Virus record (IMG/VR): IMGVR_UViG_3300042294_002093
Span: 1 to 64,000 of that record
Reading direction: 5' to 3' (one strand)
DNA: 64,000 nt
From: a virus
Taxonomy: Duplodnaviria; Caudoviricetes
Shown: piece after piece, positions 1-6,715 of the stretch
Numbering within the stretch: the first letter of the stretch is position 1
Layout of the letters: each line of letters opens with the position of its first letter
Program-made: the position numbers and the translations under genes
Notes under the pieces: model-generated
Database searches by the model: none
What the model saw: the letters and a program-made list of their open reading frames with translations, nothing else
What the model was told of the DNA's origin: nothing

Positions 1-2
1 AT

Positions 3-143
3 TCTCTTAATGGAGAAATTATTAGCGGTGAAAAAACAGACCATTGGTTTGGTAATGATAAAGAAGCGTATCGTGTTTTAATTCGCACACCGCATTCTTA
101 TAAAGACCACTATCGCATAATTGCGGTTAAGGTAGGTGACTAA
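3..143 (+). CDS. hypothetical protein, 5'-partial
   Basis: open frame from the window edge to TAA at 141-143, overlapping the next ATG (TAATG). Confidence 0.5.
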   Translation, partial: SLNGEIISGEKTDHWFGNDKEAYRVLIRTPHSYKDHYRIIAVKVGD

Positions 144-250
144 TGTCTGATTACCTTAACTATCTAGATGAGGTCTATACCGATCTAGTTGCTGAGTATG
201 GTGAGGGCATAACCCTTGCCTACCATGAGGCTAATAAATCGGAGATGTGA
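143..250 (+). CDS. 35 aa acidic microprotein (MSDYLNYLDEVY...)
   Basis: manually translated; coupled to the upstream stop; SD-like AAGGTAGG upstream. Confidence 0.55.
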   Translation: MSDYLNYLDEVYTDLVAEYGEGITLAYHEANKSEM

Positions 251-261
251 GGCAACTCACA
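246..261. promoter_or_regulatory. CRP/GlxR-type box TGTGA-N6-TCACA (perfect)
   Basis: TGTGAggcaacTCACA upstream of the promoter at 290-311. Confidence 0.65.
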
Positions 262-289
262 CTCCAACACACCCCCTACAATTAGAAAA

Positions 290-311
290 TGTCAGCGATA
301 ACTGATAGAAT
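290..311 (+). promoter_or_regulatory. PafBC/RecA-NDp-type promoter (TGTCAG-N10-TAGAAT)
   Basis: matches TGTCRG-N10-TANNNT; followed by an A/C-rich leader and GAAAGG SD. Confidence 0.65.
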
Positions 312-345
312 TACAATTCAACAAACAAACGAAAGGTGGTCAGAA

Positions 346-534
346 ATGACTTATACTGTAAAACTAGAAACCTTTAATGGTTCTGTAAAAAAAATCAACC
401 TACCTTCTCAGGGTGCGGTTGCTCAATTCATAAACACCTACCCAAACCAATTACCCGTTGGCGTATCCGTAAAACTTTCCTGTGATGTCTTAGGTGTTAG
501 TGGCACACTAAGAGGAAAGGCATTGGTGAAATAA
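346..534 (+). CDS. hypothetical early protein
   Basis: ORF-track 289..534; start moved to ATG 346 after the GAAAGGTGG SD, because 289 lies inside the promoter. Confidence 0.7.
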   Translation: MTYTVKLETFNGSVKKINLPSQGAVAQFINTYPNQLPVGVSVKLSCDVLGVSGTLRGKALVK

Positions 535-683
535 TGATAAACACTTTAATGCGTTTTGACTGTGATGAGTGTAATGGTGTTGGTCTTATCTTTTGGGGTA
601 ATGACCTTGACTATGATGTAGAAAAATGCGACTGTAATGATTTCGCACTAGGAACTTTATTTACTACGAAAGAGGCTGACTAA
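534..683 (+). CDS. 49 aa Cys-rich (CxxC...CxC) zinc-binding microprotein
   Basis: manual translation MINTLMRFDCDECNGVGLIFWGNDLDYDVEKCDCN...; TAATG coupling at both ends; paralog of 1259..1423. Confidence 0.7.
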   Translation: MINTLMRFDCDECNGVGLIFWGNDLDYDVEKCDCNDFALGTLFTTKEAD

Positions 684-889
684 TGAAAACAATTACACAC
701 TCACTAAAATTCGTAACTGAATTAGATGAAACTAATGAAACTGCACAACGCTTACTTGCCTTACCGCAAGAAATGCAAATTGCTATGTTAGAAGGTATGC
801 TAAAAAATTTAGTTGTGCCTGCACTAAAACCAGTTATTGATGAATTAAACGCAGGCAATTCTTACGCAACGCTAAAGGTGGCTAACTAA
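683..889 (+). CDS. hypothetical protein
   Basis: ORF track; TAATG coupled. Confidence 0.7.
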   Translation: MKTITHSLKFVTELDETNETAQRLLALPQEMQIAMLEGMLKNLVVPALKPVIDELNAGNSYATLKVAN

Positions 890-1077
890 TGACTAGAAAA
901 GACTATATACAAACCGCTAATATCTTAAAAGAGTTTAGAGATGAAATTCCGCAAACTACTTATGAGGATATAGTAGATTTATTTTGCCAATGGTTCAAAT
1001 CAGATAATCCAAATTTTGACTATGCAAGATTTGAAACTGCTTGCGGTATTGATGAAATTGGTTTAATTCCAGCATAA
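889..1077 (+). CDS. hypothetical phage protein (MTRKDY...NPNFDYARF type)
   Basis: ORF track; TAATG coupled. Confidence 0.75.
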   Translation: MTRKDYIQTANILKEFRDEIPQTTYEDIVDLFCQWFKSDNPNFDYARFETACGIDEIGLIPA

Positions 1078-1083
1078 TAAAAA

Positions 1084-1111
1084 ATTCCTGAGCAAGAATA
1101 AAAACTGCTCA
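1084..1111 (+). ncRNA. H-type pseudoknot RNA motif, copy 1
   Basis: ATTC-CTGAGCAA-GAAT-aaaaac-TGCTCA; P1 ATTC/GAAT, P2 TGAGCA/TGCTCA. Confidence 0.65.
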
Positions 1112-1127
1112 AATTTTGGCCAGCGTG

Positions 1128-1148
1128 TCGTCCACAGGCTTATCCACA
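1128..1148 (+). promoter_or_regulatory. tandem DnaA-box pair (TCGTCCACA-ggc-TTATCCACA)
   Basis: one perfect TTATCCACA and one single-mismatch to the actinobacterial TTGTCCACA, 3 nt apart. Confidence 0.5.
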
Positions 1149-1158
1149 GGGTTTATGA

Positions 1159-1174
1159 TGTGATTAAAATCACT
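1159..1174. promoter_or_regulatory. CRP-type box (1 mismatch)
   Basis: TGTGAttaaaaTCACT. Confidence 0.5.
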
Positions 1175-1212
1175 CCCGAAATCTCCCTGAAAACCTGCTT
1201 GAGAGTGGCAAG

Positions 1213-1234
1213 TGTCGGTTGTATCTGATAGGAT
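1213..1234 (+). promoter_or_regulatory. PafBC/RecA-NDp-type promoter (TGTCGG-N10-TAGGAT)
   Basis: exact TGTCGG-N10-TANNNT match upstream of ATG 1259. Confidence 0.65.
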
Positions 1235-1258
1235 AAAGATATAAAGAAAGAAGGCAAA

Positions 1259-1423
1259 ATGGGTAAAGTAAAATCAACAATAATGGATATATTGGAATGC
1301 GATAGTTGCTATGGCTATGGTTGGCAATTCGCAGGAAATGATGTAGACTATGATGTATGGGCTTGCGAATGTAATCCTTACAATATCTCTGCTGATGAAC
1401 TAATAGATTGGAAACTAAACTAA
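1259..1423 (+). CDS. 54 aa Cys-rich zinc-binding microprotein
   Basis: manual translation ...ECDSCYGYGWQFAGNDVDYDVWACECNPY...; paralog of 534..683. Confidence 0.7.
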   Translation: MGKVKSTIMDILECDSCYGYGWQFAGNDVDYDVWACECNPYNISADELIDWKLN

Positions 1424-1632
1424 TGGAATATAACTATTCACTTACTACTTCCTATGATGGGAAGTTAATTCATACCCTGCGAGTTAGCGATATGCTAGAG
1501 GCAGTAGACGCTTGGACTAAATGTGTAGACTATGGCACAGCCAAAGAATACGCAACCTATAACTTGTCAGACCCAACAGGAAAGATGTATACTAAAACCT
1601 TCTACACCAACGGAGAGGTCGTAATTAAATAA
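1423..1632 (+). CDS. hypothetical protein
   Basis: ORF-track 1408..1632; start at the coupled ATG 1423. Confidence 0.7.
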   Translation: MEYNYSLTTSYDGKLIHTLRVSDMLEAVDAWTKCVDYGTAKEYATYNLSDPTGKMYTKTFYTNGEVVIK

Positions 1633-1919
1633 TGGGAAGCGTAACAGCAATAGGTTTAGCAGATACAACGCTAGACCTAGAAACACAATTACTTTATCAC
1701 TTAAAGGGTAATCATTATCCACCAGTCCCCGCAGAAATGGTTAAGCCTTGCATTGAAGCAATTGACGCTTACTATGATAAAGATTGGTCACGCATGATTG
1801 AAATGCCTATGGTTGGCGACTTTCAGATTTTGTATAAAGGCATGACACACGCACCTGCTAGTGCTATTGTAAGTCAGCACCACTTAGAGTGGTTCATTGA
1901 GCCTAGTGATGAGGAATAA
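1632..1919 (+). CDS. hypothetical phage protein (HLxxNHYPPVP motif)
   Basis: ORF track; TAATG coupled. Confidence 0.75.
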   Translation: MGSVTAIGLADTTLDLETQLLYHLKGNHYPPVPAEMVKPCIEAIDAYYDKDWSRMIEMPMVGDFQILYKGMTHAPASAIVSQHHLEWFIEPSDEE

Positions 1920-1920
1920 A

Positions 1921-2157
1921 ATGTCTGCTACAATAAACGATATGGAATTGATTCACGCAGATAGTTTAACACCAGATCAATTAATGATTGGTGATTTAAT
2001 AAAAATTGGTGATGATATAGTTGAAGTTACTTTTATTGAAAGTGATTCAACAGGAGACAACTATGACATACAAACAAAAAATGAGTTTGGTGAATTAGAA
2101 ATTACTCAACACTCATACACTGATTTAATTCCTCTCTACGTTTTTATTCAAGAATAA
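1921..2157 (+). CDS. hypothetical acidic beta-rich protein
   Basis: ORF-track 1897..2157; start after the GAGG SD. Confidence 0.65.
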   Translation: MSATINDMELIHADSLTPDQLMIGDLIKIGDDIVEVTFIESDSTGDNYDIQTKNEFGELEITQHSYTDLIPLYVFIQE

Positions 2158-2221
2158 TAATGCGTAGCCTTTCGGGGCCAGCCGATGTCCGCTTTGTCCG
2201 ATTTTTATTAATTACGTAGAC

Positions 2222-2250
2222 TTGTATTTTTTCCCTAAAAATGTTATACT
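2222..2250 (+). promoter_or_regulatory. sigma70-type promoter TTGTAT-N17-TATACT, probably leaderless
   Basis: extended -10 TG; ATG 5 nt downstream. Confidence 0.6.
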
Positions 2251-2255
2251 AAATT

Positions 2256-2978
2256 ATGACCCAATTAAAAAGATCTCATGACAGAAAGGTGGCTAACCTT
2301 GTCACAAAAAATGGAAAACAGGCCGCAATTGCAAACACGTTCGGTCTCCCTGCTGGAAAAGATTACTCATGCCCTGGTGCCACTAGTGTTTGTGAAAGCG
2401 TTTGCTACGCAGGAAAACTTGAAAAGTTATTCAAAGGAGTAAAGACTAACCTCCTACACAATTGGGAGTTATTGAAAGACGCAGACCATGAAACTATGGT
2501 TGGATTGTTGTATACGATGATTGCTGATTTCAGAAAAGATTGTGAAAAGAAAAATGCTCCATTGCTATTTCGTATTCATTGGGACGGTGATTTCTTTAAT
2601 GATACCTATACCAAAGCATGGAAAGAAGTTATAGAGTATCACAGTGATATAAAGTTTTGGGTATACACTAGAGTACACTCTGCAGCGGTAATGCTTAAGG
2701 GTATACCTAATCTATCTTTATACTATTCCACAGATAGTGAGAATAAAGAGATAGGTGTTAGTTTAAAGAAAGATCATGGTGTGCGCCTTGCATACCTTGC
2801 AAAGAATTTCGCCATAGGCCAAGCAGATATGAAAGAGTTATTTAATAAGCCTGGCGCTAAGTGTCCTGAAAACTTAAAGTCTATTCCACTTATCTCATCT
2901 AGTGGCTCCGCTTGCGTATCTTGCGGATTATGTGTATACTCTAAAGCAGACGTAGTATTTTCTGCGAGTAAGAAGTGA
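2256..2978 (+). CDS. GP88-like (radical-SAM-related, Cys-rich) phage protein
   Basis: CPGATSVCESVCYA motif, RIHWDGDFF, WVYTR and C-terminal CP...CxxCxxC pattern. Confidence 0.7.
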   Translation: MTQLKRSHDRKVANLVTKNGKQAAIANTFGLPAGKDYSCPGATSVCESVCYAGKLEKLFKGVKTNLLHNWELLKDADHETMVGLLYTMIADFRKDCEKKNAPLLFRIHWDGDFFNDTYTKAWKEVIEYHSDIKFWVYTRVHSAAVMLKGIPNLSLYYSTDSENKEIGVSLKKDHGVRLAYLAKNFAIGQADMKELFNKPGAKCPENLKSIPLISSSGSACVSCGLCVYSKADVVFSASKK

Positions 2979-3078
2979 TAATGGAGATATTAGCAATAGT
3001 ATTAGTAGTTATATTTATGCTGTTTATGTTTGACTCCCCTTTTGGGTAGGGGTGTCCTAAATGTCCGATTTGTCCTAA

Positions 3079-3094
3079 TGTGATGTATCTCACA
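3079..3094. promoter_or_regulatory. CRP-type box (perfect)
   Basis: TGTGAtgtatcTCACA upstream of TTGTAT-N17-TAGACT (3135-3163). Confidence 0.65.
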
Positions 3095-3200
3095 GAGAAA
3101 TAATCTCAAAATGTGAGAAATCTAAGAAATAGATTTGTATTTTTATCCAAAAAATGTTAGACTTAAACAGTAAGAAAAAACCAAACAAAGGAGAAACACA

Positions 3201-3365
3201 ATGTCCGTAGCAACCGCAACATACAAGGTAGGCGACCTCTACACAACACAAAAGTCAAAGGTAGTAGGAACTATCGTGGAAATCACACCACAGGCAAATG
3301 GTAATGTCCGTGTTAAGTTAGATGTAAATGGTTCATACCGATACACAACTTGGACGGCAAAGTAA
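3201..3365 (+). CDS. 54 aa SH3/KOW-like beta microprotein
   Basis: manual translation MSVATATYKVGDLYTTQKSKVVGTIVEI...; AAGGAG SD; paralog of 3983..4153. Confidence 0.75.
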   Translation: MSVATATYKVGDLYTTQKSKVVGTIVEITPQANGNVRVKLDVNGSYRYTTWTAK

Positions 3366-3384
3366 TCTTAGCCTAGTGGCTAAA

Positions 3385-3411
3385 GTCCTGAGCATGACCA
3401 AAAACTGCTCA
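3385..3411 (+). ncRNA. pseudoknot motif, copy 2 (preceded by a TTAGCC/GGCTAA hairpin)
   Basis: GTC-CTGAGCAT-GAC-caaaaac-TGCTCA. Confidence 0.65.
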
Positions 3412-3460
3412 ACTTAATACCCCCATCAAACCCACTAAACAGAAACGGAAACAAAAACAA

Positions 3461-3883
3461 ATGGCAAGAGGCAAAGCAATAAATGTAAAAATCGCTACAC
3501 CAAAGGTTATTACAGCCCTAACAAATAAGTTAGCAGAACTAGAGGCTAACTACAAAAAGCAAGACGAGAACGAAGCAAAGTATAACGAAGCACTAGAGGC
3601 TTGGAAAAAAGAATTATTTACTTTCGCTATCGCTAACATAGATAAGGCTCAAAATGTGCGAACCAACTATCGCCAATGGTCAAGCAACCTTAATGTTGAT
3701 TTTGATTTAACAGTTAAGGAAGGCGAGTTCCCTGCTGAGCCAACTAGGGATTTTGAGCAAATCCATCAGCACACTTATCGTGAGATGAAAGAGGAAATCT
3801 CTAACGCTATCCGTATCCTTTTAATGACGGACGAGGAAACAGTTAGCACTAGCACCTATAACGCTATTGCTCGTTATCTTTAA
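3461..3883 (+). CDS. hypothetical coiled-coil protein
   Basis: ORF track, 140 aa. Confidence 0.8.
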   Translation: MARGKAINVKIATPKVITALTNKLAELEANYKKQDENEAKYNEALEAWKKELFTFAIANIDKAQNVRTNYRQWSSNLNVDFDLTVKEGEFPAEPTRDFEQIHQHTYREMKEEISNAIRILLMTDEETVSTSTYNAIARYL

Positions 3884-3982
3884 TTAGATAAATAGGTGGG
3901 GAAGGGTATTTGACTTCCCCCCTAAAAAATGTTAGACTAAGTAAGTAATGACCCCAAACCCAAACAGAAAGGCAAGACCCAA

Positions 3983-4153
3983 ATGACACTAGGCGGATAC
4001 ACATACCAAATCGGTGATTTATTCACCACAAGCAAAACAGGTATCACAGGTAGAATTGTAAAGTTCTCACCTATTAACTCTAAGACCACTAGAGTATCCT
4101 TACAGTTAGCAAATGGCGCAAGACGCCTTGCTATGGTAAGCACAACTAAATAA
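3983..4153 (+). CDS. 56 aa SH3/KOW-like beta microprotein
   Basis: manual translation MTLGGYTYQIGDLFTTSKTGITGRIVKF...; GAAAGG SD; own promoter TTGACT...TAGACT. Confidence 0.75.
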   Translation: MTLGGYTYQIGDLFTTSKTGITGRIVKFSPINSKTTRVSLQLANGARRLAMVSTTK

Positions 4154-4157
4154 TAAA

Positions 4158-4186
4158 AACTCCTGAGCATGAGTTAAAACTGCTCA
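4158..4186 (+). ncRNA. pseudoknot motif, copy 3
   Basis: AACTC-CTGAGCAT-GAGTT-aaaac-TGCTCA. Confidence 0.7.
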
Positions 4187-4206
4187 CCTATAGGATCTTT
4201 GACAAA

Positions 4207-4228
4207 TGTCAGTGGCCGATAGTATAAT
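4207..4228 (+). promoter_or_regulatory. PafBC/RecA-NDp-type promoter (TGTCAG-N10-TATAAT), also with TTGACA at 4199
   Basis: exact spacing match. Confidence 0.65.
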
Positions 4229-4262
4229 TAAATTAACCAAACAAACAGAAAGAAGCCCCACA

Positions 4263-4742
4263 ATGTCAACTAACATTAATGACGCCGTAACAATTGATAA
4301 ACTAGAAGTACCGTACAACCCAAATCTTCTTGTAACATATAAAGCCATTGCTGGTACATATGCTGCTCCTGAAGAGCCAACTTATTTAACATCCAAGGTA
4401 ACAGACCTTGAATGGGAACTACACAGTGCACGTGCTCGTGAAGAAGCGCTACGTAGTCTTCAAGGAACAGTGAGACAACTTGAAGACAATATTGTAGAAT
4501 GGTATGACCCTAACTATTCTAAAGAAGAAGTTCTTGTAGCGCTATGCGAACTCTTTGGTATTAATCCAGTCAAAGAAATTGAAGTACAAGGAACTGTTTC
4601 ATTCAGTGGAACAATCAGTGTACCAATGTCAGAGATTGCAGACTTTGATTTAAGTAATGTCACGATTGATGTTGATTTAAGTTCATATGAGTATGACGCT
4701 GACTTAAATGTAGACGAGGTTTCTTTGGAAGACCACTACTGA
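4263..4742 (+). CDS. hypothetical acidic protein
   Basis: ORF-track 4206..4742; start moved downstream of the promoter and SD. Confidence 0.75.
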   Translation: MSTNINDAVTIDKLEVPYNPNLLVTYKAIAGTYAAPEEPTYLTSKVTDLEWELHSARAREEALRSLQGTVRQLEDNIVEWYDPNYSKEEVLVALCELFGINPVKEIEVQGTVSFSGTISVPMSEIADFDLSNVTIDVDLSSYEYDADLNVDEVSLEDHY

Positions 4743-4793
4743 GATCTGTAGCAACCGCTGCAGGGACCGTTTAAATTTGATAGGGGGCTATCA

Positions 4794-4821
4794 AAATCCT
4801 GGCCATGATTTAAAACTGGCC
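4794..4821 (+). ncRNA. pseudoknot motif, copy 4 (covariant)
   Basis: AAATC-CTGGCCAT-GATTT-aaaac-TGGCC; P2 changed to GGCCA/TGGCC. Confidence 0.7.
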
Positions 4822-4878
4822 TATTTTTTATTTAAAAAAGCCAGCCACAAAAATCTAAAATGTCAAACAACACGCCGA

Positions 4879-4894
4879 TGTGTTTACGATCACA
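4879..4894. promoter_or_regulatory. CRP-type box (1 mismatch)
   Basis: TGTGTttacgaTCACA. Confidence 0.5.
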
Positions 4895-4942
4895 TAATAA
4901 AAATGTCCGAATTGTCCATGTTTAACTATCTGGATTTGCATT

Positions 4943-4964
4943 TGTCAGCCTGTCCTGTTATACT
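4943..4964 (+). promoter_or_regulatory. PafBC/RecA-NDp-type promoter (TGTCAG-N10-TATACT)
   Basis: exact spacing match upstream of the DUF932 gene. Confidence 0.65.
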
Positions 4965-4995
4965 TAAATTAACAACAACAGAAAGAAGGAAACTC

Positions 4996-6012
4996 ATGGC
5001 ACATGACCTAGAAACACAAAACGGAAAGACATCTTTTGCATCTTTTCGTGAACCTGCATGGCATGGATTGGGTACTGTCTTTACAGAAGAAAAAACAACC
5101 GTAGAAATGTTGGAAGCAGCAAATCTTAATGGTTGGAATGTTCGTCTTGAAGATTTGGAAACCCCAACACACTTAACAAGCGACAAGGCATATCAATATG
5201 TTTTGCGTACTAACCCAACAGACAAAACACAAACAGACATTTTAGGCGTTGTTGGTGAGCGCTACCATGTTTTACAAAATGAAGATTTATTTTCATTTGG
5301 TGATAACATTCTTGATGGTGGCGGACGCTGGGAAACTGCTGGTTCAATCAAGGGTGGGCGTGTAGTATTTGGCGCTCTTGCTCTTGAGCGTGAAACAGTT
5401 CTTGACCCTAATGGTGTTGCGGATAAGGTAAAAACTTATTTGCTGATTAACACATCACATGACGGTTCAATCGCTATTCAAGCAAGCATTACACCTGTTC
5501 GTGTTGTTTGCGCCAACACTCTCAATCTTGCGTTAGGTGCTAAGAAAAAGAAGAATGGCATCAAACAATCATTCAAGATTCGCCACACACAAACTGCAAA
5601 TGGTAAAGTGCAGATTGCTCGTGAAACTCTTGGTCTTGCTAATGCTTACATGGACGAATTTGATATTATGGCTAAGGCTATGATTGAAAAAGAAGTTTCT
5701 GCTAAGCAATTTAACGACATTATTCTTACAGCGTATGCAAAACCTGAAAAAGATACTAAGGGTGCGCTAAAGAAATGGGAAAACAAAATAGATGTTATTA
5801 ACGACATCTACACAGGCGAGTTTAATGGTATGATTGCTAATACTGCTTGGGGTGCTTTCAATGCACTAACTGAGCGTTTAGATTGGTATCGTTCTGCTCG
5901 TGGTGGTTCTAACGAATCTATTCTCGCATCTGCTAGTGGATTTGACCCTGCAATTAACGCAGAGAAAAATCGTTTGCTAAAAGTTGTGCAGAATGTTATG
6001 CAAATTGCATAG
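4996..6012 (+). CDS. DUF932 / TIGR03299-like phage-plasmid protein
   Basis: MAHDLE...REPAWHGLG, ETAGSIKGGRVVF, NTSHDGS, TPVRVVCANTL motifs; AGAAGGA SD before ATG 4996. Confidence 0.85.
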   Translation: MAHDLETQNGKTSFASFREPAWHGLGTVFTEEKTTVEMLEAANLNGWNVRLEDLETPTHLTSDKAYQYVLRTNPTDKTQTDILGVVGERYHVLQNEDLFSFGDNILDGGGRWETAGSIKGGRVVFGALALERETVLDPNGVADKVKTYLLINTSHDGSIAIQASITPVRVVCANTLNLALGAKKKKNGIKQSFKIRHTQTANGKVQIARETLGLANAYMDEFDIMAKAMIEKEVSAKQFNDIILTAYAKPEKDTKGALKKWENKIDVINDIYTGEFNGMIANTAWGAFNALTERLDWYRSARGGSNESILASASGFDPAINAEKNRLLKVVQNVMQIA

Positions 6013-6028
6013 CACAATTTAATATATG

Positions 6029-6060
6029 CCACCTGAGTAAGTGGATGCAAAAACTGCTCA
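6029..6060 (+). ncRNA. pseudoknot motif, copy 5 (3 nt upstream of tRNA-Asp)
   Basis: CCAC-CTGAGTAA-GTGG-atgcaaaaac-TGCTCA; G-U pair in P2. Confidence 0.6.
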
Positions 6061-6063
6061 CAA

Positions 6064-6137
6064 GGTTCCATAGATCAATTGGTTAGATCGCTACCCTGTC
6101 ACGGTAGAGGTTACGGGTTCAAGTCCCGTTGGAATCG
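6064..6137 (+). tRNA. tRNA-Asp(GTC)
   Basis: cloverleaf GGTTCCA/TGGAATC, anticodon loop CTGTCAC, TTCAAGT T-loop. Confidence 0.92.
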
Positions 6138-6154
6138 CAAAGCGGGGCCAGCCA

Positions 6155-6170
6155 TGTGATCAATATAACA
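6155..6170. promoter_or_regulatory. CRP-type box (1 mismatch)
   Basis: TGTGAtcaataTAACA upstream of the TTGACT promoter at 6200. Confidence 0.45.
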
Positions 6171-6234
6171 TTTTTGAAAAAATTCGATTACGAAGAGTCT
6201 TGACTTTTCCCTAAATTTCTGCAATAATTAATAC

Positions 6235-6390
6235 ATGACCCAAACAATAAATGACCTAATAAATGAAATCTATGATGACAACTTCTCTCACCTTGAGTTT
6301 GAAGAAAATATGGGGGGAACAGATTGTGACTGCCATATCCATATTACACTAAACACTATCGCTAAGTATGCAGGAATTGAGGTAGGATAA
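6235..6390 (+). CDS. 51 aa hypothetical (CDCHIH motif), probably leaderless
   Basis: manual translation; ATG directly after the promoter. Confidence 0.6.
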   Translation: MTQTINDLINEIYDDNFSHLEFEENMGGTDCDCHIHITLNTIAKYAGIEVG

Positions 6391-6548
6391 TGCTAGGTTA
6401 TATTAGCACTGATGTAGATGATATGGTTTATGCGTTGGATTCTGTACTTACCACGATAAATTCAGATGACGACCCTTGGCTATATAACAATACTTGGAGA
6501 GCCATGGATTTCTTAAAAGGTTTGCAAATAGAAGGGTACTTTGACTAA
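6390..6548 (+). CDS. 52 aa MLGY-family microprotein
   Basis: manual translation MLGYISTD...MDFLKGLQIEGYFD; TAATG coupled. Confidence 0.65.
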   Translation: MLGYISTDVDDMVYALDSVLTTINSDDDPWLYNNTWRAMDFLKGLQIEGYFD

Positions 6549-6715
6549 TGTTAGGTTATACCTATAAAGATATACAGGCCTTTGGTAATAGTCTTACTTG
6601 GGCTATTGATACCGCCAAATTTCAGGGGGATGAACAAAACTATAAACAATTACTAATAGTATGGGACTTCTTTGAGGGACTACTAGCAGAGGGGTATATA
6701 GCAGATGTGGACTAA
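6548..6715 (+). CDS. 55 aa MLGY-family microprotein
   Basis: manual translation MLGYTYKD...WDFFEGLLAEGYIADVD; tandem paralog of the previous gene. Confidence 0.65.
   Translation: MLGYTYKDIQAFGNSLTWAIDTAKFQGDEQNYKQLLIVWDFFEGLLAEGYIADVD

Noticed and set aside
1565-1586. Fifth PafBC-like site TGTCAG-N10-AAAGAT
   Set aside because: Inside a coding region and lacking the first T of the -10; possible but unsupported.
1075-4186. Pseudoknots as stop-codon readthrough or frameshift stimulators
   Set aside because: Distance from the stop varies from 4 to about 50 nt, and the two closest copies follow tandem TAATAA stops.
4777-4995. N-terminal extension of the DUF932 ORF (likewise 289-345 and 4206-4262)
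   Set aside because: These spans contain the pseudoknot, operator or promoter elements; SD-preceded ATGs lie downstream.
1084-6060. Pseudoknot motif as a hammerhead ribozyme or simple terminator
   Set aside because: It lacks the CUGANGA/GAAA three-stem core, and most copies have no U-tract.
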